Origin: Longimicrobiales bacterium
GTDB lineage: Bacteria > Gemmatimonadota > Gemmatimonadetes > Longimicrobiales > Gaopeijiaceae
NCBI GenBank assembly: GCA_965116905.1
Contig: OZ220732.1
Coordinates: 1,152,001-1,216,000, forward strand
DNA length: 64,000 bases
Direction of reading: 5' to 3'
Shown: positions 37,201 through 46,280 of the stretch, one piece after another
How positions within the stretch are numbered: the stretch's first letter is position 1
How the letters are laid out: every line of letters begins with the position of its first letter
Notes under the pieces: generated by a model
Databases searched by the model: none
What the model saw: only the letters and a program-made list of their open reading frames with translations
Told to the model about the DNA's origin: nothing
Made by a program: the position numbers and the translations under genes

Positions 37201-37940
37201 TGCAGGAAGCCGAGCTCGGCCAGGTGTCGCTGTTCGGCGGCGGCGGCGGTCTGGAGCGCCCCGTCCCTGCGCTCCCCACCGTGCCCGAGTGGGAAGACCG
37301 GGACCGCCTGACCCGCGAGAAGGAAGCGCTGGGCTTCTTCATATCGGGGCACCCGCTCGACCGCTACCGCGAGATCGCGGGCGCGTTCGACGAGGTGAGC
37401 GCGCTCAAGGCCAGAATGGGCGACTCGGTCGAGATGGCCTGCGTGGTCACGGGCGTCGCCCGCCAGGTATCCCGCCGTGACGGTTCGGAGTGGGCGAAGA
37501 TTACCATCGAGGGCTTTCACGGCACCGCGACGGTCCTCGCCTTCAAGGACGTGTGGCAAAGCTACAAGAGCACGGTGGAGACCGACGCCGTGGTGCTGCT
37601 GCGCGGCAAGGTAAGCGACCGCGATCGCGACGAAGGAGATCCCCCGGTCTTCCTCGATGCCGCCGAGCCCCTCGGGCAGGTCTCCGGCAGCGGTCGCCTG
37701 GCGGTGCGGATCGATATCGGCGGACACGAGTCTCTGCCGGATGACGCGTTCGCAAGCGCCCGGGCGGTCGTCGACGCCCACCCCGGGGCCGCCCCGGTCG
37801 AGGTGCTGCTTACCGAGCCGAACGGTTCGGGTACGCCTCGCCTGAGGTCGCGTTCCCTGAGGGTGTCCCCGGATCGTGAGACCATCCGCGCGCTCGAGGA
37901 CGTGTTCGGAAAGGGACGCGTGGGCCTGGCGAGAGTGTGA
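34296..37940 (+). CDS. dnaE: DNA polymerase III alpha subunit
   Basis: FVHLHTHSEYSLLDG PHP start, GPGRGSAAGS, SMPDIDIDF, YGFNKSH, clamp motif QVSLF; TTG start. Confidence 0.97.
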   Translation: MSFVHLHTHSEYSLLDGANRLKDLVRKACEFEMPGLALTDHGCLYGAWTFQKLARQAGIKPIIGMEAYVAPGDRRERARSGQGGKAHYHLVLLARDAEGYRNLIKLSSIGYTEGFYYRPRLDREILARHSGGLIVTSACMAGELARHLDAGNDDHAREVVDWYANAFPDRYYLEVQAHGTPGQAAVNEKIFALADDMGLPVVATNDAHFLQPDHHAAHDILVCIGTAKNHDDEGRLTYDDGLYFKNHEEMAAAFPGRPDVIENTLRIADEVSLTLEKKYHLPGFPLPETFTDDNDYLVHLAEAGARERYAPASGSAAGAEAGAGAGTEAGTEADTEAASADDPLPRHVRERLDYELKVILKTGYAGYFLITWDFIRWARENGIPVGPGRGSAAGSLVSYALRITDLDPIEYGLLFERFLNPERISMPDIDIDFCYERRGEVIEYVRRKYGRDAVGQIITFGTMKSRAVIRDVGRVLGFEVGETDRIAKKIPNQPGQSYTVAQAVEQIRDVKALYESDDRHRKLFDNSITLEGLARHASVHAAGVVIAPGPLSDYVPICTQGKGSRNGGGGRAHAAGSEDGPDIVTQYDMNCLEDAGMLKMDFLGLKTLTVIHDAVQAVKDRLGEFRHPDTGTLYDSDAMDDVPLDDVEVYRMLASGGTSGIFQFESNLALDKLRAMRCDRFDDLVATNALIRPGPLDSGMTDKYIKRKLGQEPVKYPAPGLEHILEPTYGIIVYQEQVMLIANDLAGYSLAEADVLRKAMGKKDAELIRSELDRFQARLAERGLPRGTATDLASRIETFGRYGFNKSHSVAYSLLSYKTAWLKRYYPAEFMAALLSSVLDKTDDVVKYIGECRDLGRYHPALEDGLVVLAPDVNESGWKFTVVEPGTIRFGLGAVRGVGAAAVQSILAARSEGGAFASLFDFLKRIDLRAVNKRACEALIASGALDSCGHRAQLLAGLDAAYGEVMARLQEAELGQVSLFGGGGGLERPVPALPTVPEWEDRDRLTREKEALGFFISGHPLDRYREIAGAFDEVSALKARMGDSVEMACVVTGVARQVSRRDGSEWAKITIEGFHGTATVLAFKDVWQSYKSTVETDAVVLLRGKVSDRDRDEGDPPVFLDAAEPLGQVSGSGRLAVRIDIGGHESLPDDAFASARAVVDAHPGAAPVEVLLTEPNGSGTPRLRSRSLRVSPDRETIRALEDVFGKGRVGLARV
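35244..35303 (+). repeat. Five imperfect 12-bp in-frame tandem repeats in dnaE
   Basis: GCGGGAGCGGAG / GCGGGCACGGAG units encoding AGAE-AGAG-AGTE-AGTE-ADTE. Confidence 0.85.
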
Positions 37941-38049
37941 ACGCCTTCGCCGTGAATTCCATCGCCGCGAGACCCGTAGTGAGAGTGTGAGATCCGCGAG
38001 CTTGTCCCGCTGTCCGTCCCGCAGTCCGTACGTAGAAGAGAGACCAACC

Positions 38050-39513
38050 ATGAGAGCCTTGTTGATCGGCATGACCATCGCACTTGCACCGCTCGGCCTT
38101 CCTGCTCAGGCGCGGGGCCAGGAGACGGAGGAGAGGACCACCGGCCTGTCGGAATTCGTCGGCAACTGGGTGGGTTCCCTGAACGTGGGGACGGTGCAGC
38201 TGCGAATGCGGTTCGAACTCGGCGCAAGCGGGGGCGCGCTGACCGCCAGCGTCTTTTCGCTGGACCAGGGCAATGCGCAGGTGCCCGTCGAGTCCGTGAC
38301 CGTGACGGGGGCCACGGTGGCCATTGCCATGCCGGTGGCCGGAGCCACCTACGAGGGCACGCTGTCGGCCGACGGGAGCCGCATCGAGGGATCCTTTGCG
38401 CAGATGGGCAGCTCGCTGACCCTGAACCTGGAGCGAACCGAGGCGGATAATACCGGGACGCGCCGTCCCCAGGACCCGGTCGAGCCTTTCCCCTATCTGG
38501 CGGAGGAGGTCAGCTATCCCAACCCGGACGGCGGCCACACCCTGGCGGGCACCTTCACGCGGCCTGAATCGGGAGGTCCCTTCCCGGCCGTGATCCTGAT
38601 CTCGGGCTCGGGTCCCCAGGACCGGGACGAGGCCCTGCTGGGACACCGTCCCTTCCTGGTACTGTCCGACCACCTCACGCGCCGCGGGATCGCGGTCCTG
38701 CGCTTCGACGACCGCGGCGTCGGCGAATCGACGGGCGACTTCGCGGCCGCCACCTCACGCGACTTCGCCTCGGATGTGCTGGCCGGCGTCACGTACCTCC
38801 AGACCCGGGACGACGTGGATCCCGGTGCGATCGGATTGGCGGGACATTCCGAGGGGGGCCTGATCGCACCCCTGGTGGCCGTCGAGTCCGATGATGTCGC
38901 CTATATCGTGCTGATGGCGGGGACGGGCGTGAGCGGGGAACGCATCCTCTACGAGCAGGCGGCATTGATCGCGCGGGCGAACGGCGCCACCGAGCGCGCG
39001 ATCGACCAGAACCGGGAGCTCCAGCGCGCCATCTTCGATGTCCTCAAGGCGGAACCCGACGTGGAGCGCGCCGGGGAGGTGCTCACCGACCTGGTGCGCA
39101 CCGCCCTGCAGGACGCAAGCGAAGAGTTGCGCGCGCAGGCCGGGATCACCGACGACGCTGCCCTCGACGGCGCGGTTGCCGCCCAGGTCCAGAGCGTGAA
39201 CACGCCATGGTTCCGCTACTTCCTGACGTACAACCCTGCCGAAACGATCGAACGGGTCACGGTTCCGGTTCTGGCCATCAACGGCGAAAACGACCTGCAG
39301 GTGCCCTACGAGGAGAATCTGCGCGAAATCGAAGCGGCGCTCCGGCGCGGCGGGAACATGCAGTACGAAATCCACGCGCTGCCCGGTCTCAACCACCTGT
39401 TCCAGTATTCCGACACCGGATCGCCGGCCGAGTACCAGGCGATCGAAGAGACGTGGTCGGTCGAGGTCATGGAACTCATCGCGGACTGGATCCTGGAGAC
39501 GGTCGAGGGCTAG
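38050..39513 (+). CDS. Secreted alpha/beta hydrolase (S9/S15-like)
   Basis: Signal peptide; SGSGPQDRDE, GHSEGG nucleophile, DLQV, LNHLFQ. Confidence 0.87.
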   Translation: MRALLIGMTIALAPLGLPAQARGQETEERTTGLSEFVGNWVGSLNVGTVQLRMRFELGASGGALTASVFSLDQGNAQVPVESVTVTGATVAIAMPVAGATYEGTLSADGSRIEGSFAQMGSSLTLNLERTEADNTGTRRPQDPVEPFPYLAEEVSYPNPDGGHTLAGTFTRPESGGPFPAVILISGSGPQDRDEALLGHRPFLVLSDHLTRRGIAVLRFDDRGVGESTGDFAAATSRDFASDVLAGVTYLQTRDDVDPGAIGLAGHSEGGLIAPLVAVESDDVAYIVLMAGTGVSGERILYEQAALIARANGATERAIDQNRELQRAIFDVLKAEPDVERAGEVLTDLVRTALQDASEELRAQAGITDDAALDGAVAAQVQSVNTPWFRYFLTYNPAETIERVTVPVLAINGENDLQVPYEENLREIEAALRRGGNMQYEIHALPGLNHLFQYSDTGSPAEYQAIEETWSVEVMELIADWILETVEG

Positions 39514-39519
39514 CGCCCG

Positions 39520-39557
39520 GACTGCTAGCACAGACTGCTAGCACGGCCTGCTGGCCT
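39520..39557. repeat. 13-bp-period tandem repeat between convergent genes
   Basis: GACTGCTAGCAC at 39520 and 39533, degenerate third copy at 39546. Confidence 0.7.
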
Positions 39558-40440
39558 AGCGGCCAAACCGGGAGACTCGCAGCCGCTCGGCGCGCTGCCA
39601 CAGTCCGGGCGTACCCAGCGCTTCCGCCAGTTCCCGGAAGCCGTCGGTGGCGCCACGCCACTCCAGCTCATCCACGTCGTCGAACAGGGCCGCGCCGTCA
39701 CGCAGCGTGGCGAGGTCGCGGAAGAGGAAAGCGGCGGCCCGGTTCACCCTGAGCGACTCCGCCAGCCGCTGTGCGCCCCGCACCTTGACGCCCCAGCGGA
39801 AGGGGTGTCCCGGGATGTCCTCCAGATGACCGTAGCGGGCCAGAACCGTAGACGTGGACTTCGCTCCCCACCCGGGAACGCCCGGGAAGCCGTCGGCGCT
39901 GTCTCCTACCAGCGCGAGGTAGTCGGGGATGCTCGCCGGGGGCACGCCGAACTTTGCGAACACGCCGTGCTCGTCGCGCACCTCGTTCTTCCGGCGGTCC
40001 CACTGCACCACGCGATCACCGACCACGCACTGGGCCAGATCCTTGTCGGGAGTGCAGATGAACACCCGTTCCACGCGCGGATCGCGACGGGCCCGGGCCG
40101 CCCCCGAGGCAAGCCCGTCATCGGCCTCCAGCTCCTCCATCGGCCAGACGGGCACCCCCATCGCCGTGAGCCCCTCTTCCAGGGGATGGAACTGGGCCAG
40201 CAGCTCGGGGTCGATCCCCTCGCCGGTCTTGTAGCCGGGCCAGAGCTCGTTACGGAACGACTCGATCACATGGTCCGTCGCGACTGCCATGTGGGTGGCT
40301 CCGCGTTCCAGCATGCCGAGCAGCGAAGCGATCACACCGCGCATGCCTCCCACCTCGCGTCCCGCCGCATCCGTTGCGGAAGGAGCGCCGAAGTGGTGCC
40401 GGAAGAGTTCGTAGGTGCCGTCTACGAGGTGGATGTTCAA
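39556..40440 (-). CDS. Stand-alone 5'-3' exonuclease / flap endonuclease
   Basis: HLVDGTYELFR, YKTG, EADD, DKDL, LVGDSADGFPGVPGWGAKS H3TH motif; TTG start inferred from the domain boundary. Confidence 0.88.
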   Translation of the reverse strand: MNIHLVDGTYELFRHHFGAPSATDAAGREVGGMRGVIASLLGMLERGATHMAVATDHVIESFRNELWPGYKTGEGIDPELLAQFHPLEEGLTAMGVPVWPMEELEADDGLASGAARARRDPRVERVFICTPDKDLAQCVVGDRVVQWDRRKNEVRDEHGVFAKFGVPPASIPDYLALVGDSADGFPGVPGWGAKSTSTVLARYGHLEDIPGHPFRWGVKVRGAQRLAESLRVNRAAAFLFRDLATLRDGAALFDDVDELEWRGATDGFRELAEALGTPGLWQRAERLRVSRFGR

Positions 40441-40528
40441 GGGCTGGACGCGTACTATGCTGGGGCTGAACGGGGCAGGATGCCCACAGTCGCCAACCGA
40501 CGTACCGAGCGCAACAAGGAGCCACCCG

Positions 40529-42598
40529 ATGACCGTCATTCCCAACCGCCGACACCTTTGCGCGATCGCCGTCGCGATCCTCGCAGTGCCGCTCCCGGCG
40601 ACCGCCCAGGAGAGCCACGCCGACGATCTGCTCACGGTCGGGCACTATCTGGACATGGAACGCGTGGGCGATCCGCAGATCTCTCCGGACGGAAGCCGGA
40701 TCGTCTTTGCCAAGTCGTGGGTCAACAAGATGGAAGACCGCTTCGAATCCGAAATCCGGATCATGGACGCCGACGGCGGCCGGCAGCGCTTCCTGCTGAA
40801 GGGCTCGAATCCCCGGTGGTCCCCTGACGGCACCCGCATCGCGTACCTCGCGCCGGGCGAGCCGTCCGGGCAGCAGATCTGGGTGCGCTGGATGGCGGAG
40901 GGTTCCCCCACGCAGGTCACGCGCGAGACGGAGGCCCCTTCCAACTTCCAGTGGTCCCCCGATGGGGAATACATCTACTTCCAGCGTTTCGTGGCGCACC
41001 CGAATCCGTGGCCGATCGACCTGCCCGCGCCCCCGGAGGGTGCGCAGTGGACGGCGCCGCCCCGGATCATCGACCGAATCCACTACCGCTACGACCGGAT
41101 CGGCTTCCTGGAGGACGGCTTCACGCACCTGTTCCGGGTTCCGAGCGCTGGCGGCACCGCCCGGCAGTTGACCAGCGGGGAGTGGCACGCGGGCGCCACG
41201 TTTGCGCCTGGCGTGGGCAACGTCGGGTACGACCTGACTCCCGACGGCGGCACGCTGCTCTTCGACGGGCTCATGGAAGACACCGACAACCGCTATCGCG
41301 AGTCGCACATCCATGCGCTGGATCTGGCGACGGGCCAGATCCGCCAACTGACCTCCGAACGAGGGCCCTGGGCGCGTCCCCTGATGTCACCTGACGGGCG
41401 GCACATCGCATACACGGGCTTCCCCTGGACGTCACAGACCTACAAGACCACCGAGCTGTACGTGATGGACGCGGACGGCGGCAATGCGCGCCTCGTCTCG
41501 GGCGGTCTCGACAGGGACATCGGCGCCATGCACTGGTCCGAAGACTCGCGCGGCGTGTACTTCACGACCGGCGACCGCGGCACGATGAACGTGCACTACG
41601 CGACCACCGACGGAGAGGTCACCCAGGTCACCGAGGGCAACCACATGCTGTCGCTCACCTCGGCCACGGAGGGCGGCCAGGCGGTGGGCACACGCACCTC
41701 CCCGCACGAGCCCGGCGATGTTGTCGCCTACGACCTGGGACGTCCCGGCGGAATCCGGCAGCTTACCGAGGTCAACGCCGAGGTTCTCGCGGGCATGCGC
41801 CTGGGGGACGTGGAGGAGATCTGGTACGAGTCGACCGGGGGCACGCAGGTGCAGGGCTGGATCGTCAAGCCGCCCGATTTCGATCCCGACGGGAGCTATC
41901 CGCTCATCCTCCACATTCACGGCGGTCCGCATGGGATGTACAACGTCAGCTTCAGCTATCCGTACCAGAACTTCGCGGCCAACGGCTACGTGACGCTGTA
42001 CACCAACCCCCGGGGCAGCACCGGATACGGGACCGACTTCGGCAACGCCATCGACAACGGCTACCCGTCCGTCGACTATGACGACCTCATGGCCGGGGTC
42101 GACGCGCTCATCGATCGCGGCTACATCAACGAGGACCAGATGTACGTCACGGGGTGCAGCGGCGGAGGCGTGCTCTCCAGCTGGGTGATCGGCCACACGA
42201 CGCGTTTCGCGGCAGCGGGCGTGCGCTGCCCGGTGACCAACTGGATCAGCTTCGCAGGCACGGCCGATATCACGGTCTGGGGCTACTACCGCTACCACGG
42301 CTACCCGTGGGACAACCCCGACAAGTACCTGGAGCACTCACCGCTGATGTACGTCGACAACGTCACGACGCCCACGATCGTGATCACCGGCGAGCTGGAC
42401 CTGCGAACCCCGATGGCGCAGTCGGAGGAATACTACCAGGCGCTGAAGCAGTTGGGCGTGCCCACGAAGCTGCTCCGGTTCCAGGAAGAGTACCACGGCA
42501 CCGGTTCGAAGCCCTCCAACTTCATGCGCACCCAGCTCTACCTGATGAAGTGGTTCGAGGAGTACGGCGGCCAGCCGAAGATGGCGACGGACGGATAG
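40529..42598 (+). CDS. S9C acylaminoacyl/oligopeptidase-like peptidase, secreted
   Basis: AAGGAG RBS; SPDG propeller repeats; HGGPH, NPRGSTGYG, GCSGGG, DLRTP, EYHG. Confidence 0.92.
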   Translation: MTVIPNRRHLCAIAVAILAVPLPATAQESHADDLLTVGHYLDMERVGDPQISPDGSRIVFAKSWVNKMEDRFESEIRIMDADGGRQRFLLKGSNPRWSPDGTRIAYLAPGEPSGQQIWVRWMAEGSPTQVTRETEAPSNFQWSPDGEYIYFQRFVAHPNPWPIDLPAPPEGAQWTAPPRIIDRIHYRYDRIGFLEDGFTHLFRVPSAGGTARQLTSGEWHAGATFAPGVGNVGYDLTPDGGTLLFDGLMEDTDNRYRESHIHALDLATGQIRQLTSERGPWARPLMSPDGRHIAYTGFPWTSQTYKTTELYVMDADGGNARLVSGGLDRDIGAMHWSEDSRGVYFTTGDRGTMNVHYATTDGEVTQVTEGNHMLSLTSATEGGQAVGTRTSPHEPGDVVAYDLGRPGGIRQLTEVNAEVLAGMRLGDVEEIWYESTGGTQVQGWIVKPPDFDPDGSYPLILHIHGGPHGMYNVSFSYPYQNFAANGYVTLYTNPRGSTGYGTDFGNAIDNGYPSVDYDDLMAGVDALIDRGYINEDQMYVTGCSGGGVLSSWVIGHTTRFAAAGVRCPVTNWISFAGTADITVWGYYRYHGYPWDNPDKYLEHSPLMYVDNVTTPTIVITGELDLRTPMAQSEEYYQALKQLGVPTKLLRFQEEYHGTGSKPSNFMRTQLYLMKWFEEYGGQPKMATDG

Positions 42599-42664
42599 GT
42601 GCGGCGTGCGCCCGGTGCCCGCGTTCTGCCGGTATCGGGCGCGCCCGGACCCGCTCCCGGCGGA

Positions 42665-43195
42665 TCAGCCCGGTCTTTGCCGCTGTAGCAGGCTCCGCAA
42701 GGTTTCGGTCTGCTCCTCGTTCAGCAGCGCCGAGAAATCCCTGTGCAGGACCTCGAACGCGGGACCGAGTTGATCGACCAGGTTCCGCATCTCCTGCATC
42801 GTCTGTCTCGCCTGCGCGTTGCCACCGCCCCCGCCACGCCGGGCACCGCCGCCACCACCCCGCCGCGCGCGCCCCATGCGGTCGCGCATCTGTGTCCGTA
42901 TGCGGTCGTAGCGGCCCAGTGCCGTCTTGTTGGCTTCCCGGAAGTCCGCGACCAGGACGGATGCGCTATTCGCCTGCTCGTCGCTCAGCGCAAGGCTCTC
43001 GGAGAAGCCTTCGAAGCGCTGATCCAGCGCGTCCCACAGTCGCACTCCGGGGTTGTTCGCGAAACCGCCGAGTGCCCCGCCGGGGCGTTGGGCGGTCGCG
43101 GAGCCGGGCAAGGCGGCCGCGGCAGCGAGGGCGACGGCCGCTCCTGCGACGATGCCCAATGCGAAGAATGACTTGCGAGGTATTGAGAATCTCAT
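42665..43195 (-). CDS. Secreted helical protein, Spy/CpxP-like
   Basis: AGGAGA RBS; signal peptide; LALSDEQ and LLNEEQ (LTxxQ-like) motifs; RGGGG repeats. Confidence 0.55.
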   Translation of the reverse strand: MRFSIPRKSFFALGIVAGAAVALAAAAALPGSATAQRPGGALGGFANNPGVRLWDALDQRFEGFSESLALSDEQANSASVLVADFREANKTALGRYDRIRTQMRDRMGRARRGGGGGARRGGGGGNAQARQTMQEMRNLVDQLGPAFEVLHRDFSALLNEEQTETLRSLLQRQRPG

Positions 43196-43312
43196 GGACG
43201 GTATCTCCTGGCAACGGGTGTTTGCTGGCTGACTCTGGGGACGATGCTCGAGCGGGCCGCGGGCACCTCCCGCCGCCCTGTCGCTCAAAGGACAGTCCGG
43301 CATCGCAAACCG

Positions 43313-45571
43313 TTAGAACGCGATGAGCTTGGTCACCTTCAGCGTCACCGCGCGATCGATCACGCTGGCCTGCCCCGGTTCGGGACTCCGGTTGCGCAGC
43401 TCCGAGTACACCAGGAAGACATCGCTCAGCGGGGCATGGATCAGGTTGAAGCGGACGTTGGTCTGCAGTTGGTCGGCGGCCTCATTGTACTGCACGAACG
43501 CGCTAAGGAACGTCCGTGTGTTCTGCGCGTAGCGGAGGCGGCCGGCGAAGAGGTTGGCGTCGAAGGTGCGGCCGGCGAGGGTCAGGCGGTTGCGCTGCAC
43601 CGAACCCTCCACGAACAGGTGGGCGCTGGGGCGCAGTGTGACCCCGCCGGACACGGAGGATCGCCGACCGTCGAAGAACCCTCCCCGCGTGACCGCAAAC
43701 GTGCCCCCCAGCTTGCGTCCGAGGTTGGACCGGTAACTGGCGGTGAACGCCCCGAAGTCGTACTCGCCAGCGGGCACGGCGACGCCGGCTATGGGCGTGG
43801 CGGCGGCAAAGCGCTCGTACGACGCCGAGTACTCCATCGTGAGCAGACCGCTGTCGAGGAAGGCGATCCCGAGGCCGGGCCTGATCTCCCGGCTCTCCAG
43901 GCTCCAGCCCAGGTCCGAAAAGACGTTGAAGTCCACGTAGGGATTGAGTTCGCGCACGTGTGGGATGGCCGGCTGCGGGTGCGCGCCCAGCGTCACGAAG
44001 CCCTGCCGGACGCCGCGCCTCGCGACGAACCCGACCCCCGGGTTGAAGTCGTCGCCGACGGTCTTGACGAGCACCGAGGCCGCCCAAAGCGGGTCCCGCC
44101 ATGCGAACTCGAGCGCTCCGGTCATTCTGTCGCCGCTGCCGTGGGGCTCGCTGCTGACGTCGGGCTCGCGGCTCACGTCGGGCTCGTCGGTCACGGCCAG
44201 GTAGGAATTGAGCAGCATCCGCCCGCCGGCCAGGCGCAGGTTCGCGTCCGCGCCGAATGTCCGGTTGTAGGCGTCCGCCACGCTCCCGCCCGTGCCCTCG
44301 CGGTTCACGAACATGAACCCGATGTCGCTGCTGGTCAGGACATTCCTTCTGAGGCGCACAACCGAGAAGTTCTCGCCCGGGTGCGAGGGGCCGTCCCGCG
44401 TCTGCATGTTGAGGAGGCCCACGGCGTAGCCGCCCACACGACCCGTCATGCGGGCGCCGGCCGCGATCGGAACCGGCGTTCGGTCGGCCGACAGCCCGAT
44501 TCGCCGACTGTGGAAGAGCTTGAAGTTCTGTGGCCCGGATCCGGTGCGGAAATTGCGGACGCGGGCGTCCTGGAAGCTGAAGATTCCGTCGTTCTCCAGG
44601 AAGAAGTCCCGCTTCTCGGGGAAGAAAAGCGAGAAACGCGTGAGGTTGATCTGCTGCTCGTCCACCTCCACCTGTGAGAAGTCCGTCAGAGCGGTGATGT
44701 CGAGCGTGAGTTGGGGTGTAATCCCCCATTTCAAGTCGAACCCGCCTTCCAGCTTCTCCGTCGAGGCGTCGGTGTGCTGGCCGTCGCTTCGGACCCCGTT
44801 CACGAACGGCTTGACCCACAGGTTGCGCCCCTGCTCCAGCCCTTCGAGCGACGTCAGCCTTCCCGCCCGGGACATCTTGTAGACCCGGAACTGGCGGGTG
44901 AGCGGTGCCCAGCTGGAGTCTTCGGAGATCCGCCTGATTCGCCGGGAGAAGTTGATCCCCCAGTCCTGTGGCCCGTCGGTCTCGCGGAACCGCAGCGTCG
45001 TCATCGGAACCGCGATCTCCGCCACCCATCCGTACTCGGTGATCCGAGTCGCCACCTCGATTTCGCCCTCCCAGGCCCGGTTCACCGATTGCTGGTCGTT
45101 GAAGGCCTGTGCATCGAAGAGCGCCCCGGCCGGATTCACGGCGAAGAGGAAGGCATTCTGCCGGTCCAGATAGGTGTCGAGCGCGAAGCCGAAGATGTCC
45201 GAGTCCTGGGTCGCGAAGTCCTGCTCCATGCCGGCGGACACGAGCGCCTCCGGGCGGCTGTCGTACATCGTCGCGCCGACGTAGAGGCGCTCCTCGTCGT
45301 AGAGTACGCGGACAACCGTGCGCTCCGATGACGGAAGGCCCTGGCTGGGAATGGACTGGTAGAAGACGCCCCGGGTTGAGTCGGCCAGCGACCATGCCGC
45401 CTCGTCCAGGTTTCCGTCCAGCGTGATCGGCGAGGTGGCGCGCCTGGCCTCCAGCGACGGCCGCGGCGATGCGTCGGGGTCGATGCGGTCGACCGGGACG
45501 ACCTGGGAAGCCAGCGGGTGTGGCGCGGTCACCAGGAGCGCCACAGCCAGGACGCGAAGAGGAGTTGGCAA
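43313..45571 (-). CDS. CBM9-like plus DUF5916 protein, probable outer-membrane protein
   Basis: ITLDGNLDEAAW, DFSQVEVDEQQINLTRFSLFFPEKRDFFLE, FHSRRIG; C-terminal Phe. Confidence 0.82.
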   Translation of the reverse strand: MPTPLRVLAVALLVTAPHPLASQVVPVDRIDPDASPRPSLEARRATSPITLDGNLDEAAWSLADSTRGVFYQSIPSQGLPSSERTVVRVLYDEERLYVGATMYDSRPEALVSAGMEQDFATQDSDIFGFALDTYLDRQNAFLFAVNPAGALFDAQAFNDQQSVNRAWEGEIEVATRITEYGWVAEIAVPMTTLRFRETDGPQDWGINFSRRIRRISEDSSWAPLTRQFRVYKMSRAGRLTSLEGLEQGRNLWVKPFVNGVRSDGQHTDASTEKLEGGFDLKWGITPQLTLDITALTDFSQVEVDEQQINLTRFSLFFPEKRDFFLENDGIFSFQDARVRNFRTGSGPQNFKLFHSRRIGLSADRTPVPIAAGARMTGRVGGYAVGLLNMQTRDGPSHPGENFSVVRLRRNVLTSSDIGFMFVNREGTGGSVADAYNRTFGADANLRLAGGRMLLNSYLAVTDEPDVSREPDVSSEPHGSGDRMTGALEFAWRDPLWAASVLVKTVGDDFNPGVGFVARRGVRQGFVTLGAHPQPAIPHVRELNPYVDFNVFSDLGWSLESREIRPGLGIAFLDSGLLTMEYSASYERFAAATPIAGVAVPAGEYDFGAFTASYRSNLGRKLGGTFAVTRGGFFDGRRSSVSGGVTLRPSAHLFVEGSVQRNRLTLAGRTFDANLFAGRLRYAQNTRTFLSAFVQYNEAADQLQTNVRFNLIHAPLSDVFLVYSELRNRSPEPGQASVIDRAVTLKVTKLIAF

Positions 45572-45591
45572 CGGCTGCTGGTGTCCCGTCT

Positions 45592-46083
45592 CTAGAGCAG
45601 GCGATCCAGGCTTACGATGAGGCCGACGATGAGCACGATCTGGCCAAGCAGCAGCTGATACATGCGTGTCTTCAGGCCCTCCAGGCTCAGATTGACCTCG
45701 GTGCGGAGTTCTTCGATCTGACCCCTGACCTCGGTGCGCAGGTTCCGGATCTCGTTCTCGATCTTCTCGTGCAGGGCGGCTGTCTCGCTCTCGATCCTCC
45801 CGTGCAGGGCGGCTGTCTCGCTCTCGATTCTCCCGTGCAGGGCGGCCGTTTCGCTCTCGATCTTCCCGTGCAGGGCCTGGATCTTCCCGTGCAGCGCGGT
45901 CGTCTCGCTCTTCAATGTGCCTTCGAGGTCGCGCACCTGTCCCCTGGTCGCCCCATGGCCGGCGGCAAAGCCGCGAAAAACGGTGACGAGCGTCTCCGCC
46001 TGGCTGGTTTCGAATCCGGCCGCTTCAAGCGCGCGCGCGGCCTTCAAGGTGTCGACTCCGAAGTCGTTCATGGCTTCGAACAT
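45592..46083 (-). CDS. DUF1640/CCDC90-like membrane-anchored coiled-coil protein
   Basis: DTLKAARALEAAGFETSQAE head, AT neck, repeat stalk, C-terminal TM helix; GGGAGG RBS. Confidence 0.8.
   Translation of the reverse strand: MFEAMNDFGVDTLKAARALEAAGFETSQAETLVTVFRGFAAGHGATRGQVRDLEGTLKSETTALHGKIQALHGKIESETAALHGRIESETAALHGRIESETAALHEKIENEIRNLRTEVRGQIEELRTEVNLSLEGLKTRMYQLLLGQIVLIVGLIVSLDRLL
45758..45910 (-). repeat. 33-bp tandem repeats (four full units, one 21-bp unit)
   Basis: Units begin at 45758, 45791, 45824, 45857 (short) and 45878; encode SETAALHGRIE. Confidence 0.9.
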
Positions 46084-46280
46084 CCCGTTTTTCCTCCCGT
46101 GGTGTCAAGTCGAAATCAAGTCGGGTTCCGAGGACCCACAGGATCGCGGTAGCGCCGGGGCAGAAGGATGGCCGGATGGGACTTCCGACGCGTATTGTAC
46201 TCCCACGCACCGGAACCTCATTTCAGGTCGGCGGGTATCATGCCCGCGAGGCTCCCTCCAATCATCCGGTGAGGACATCC

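Noticed and set aside
34296..37940. Possible intein in dnaE
   Set aside because: Insertions are short and low-complexity, with no splice-junction or homing-endonuclease motifs; total length is ordinary.
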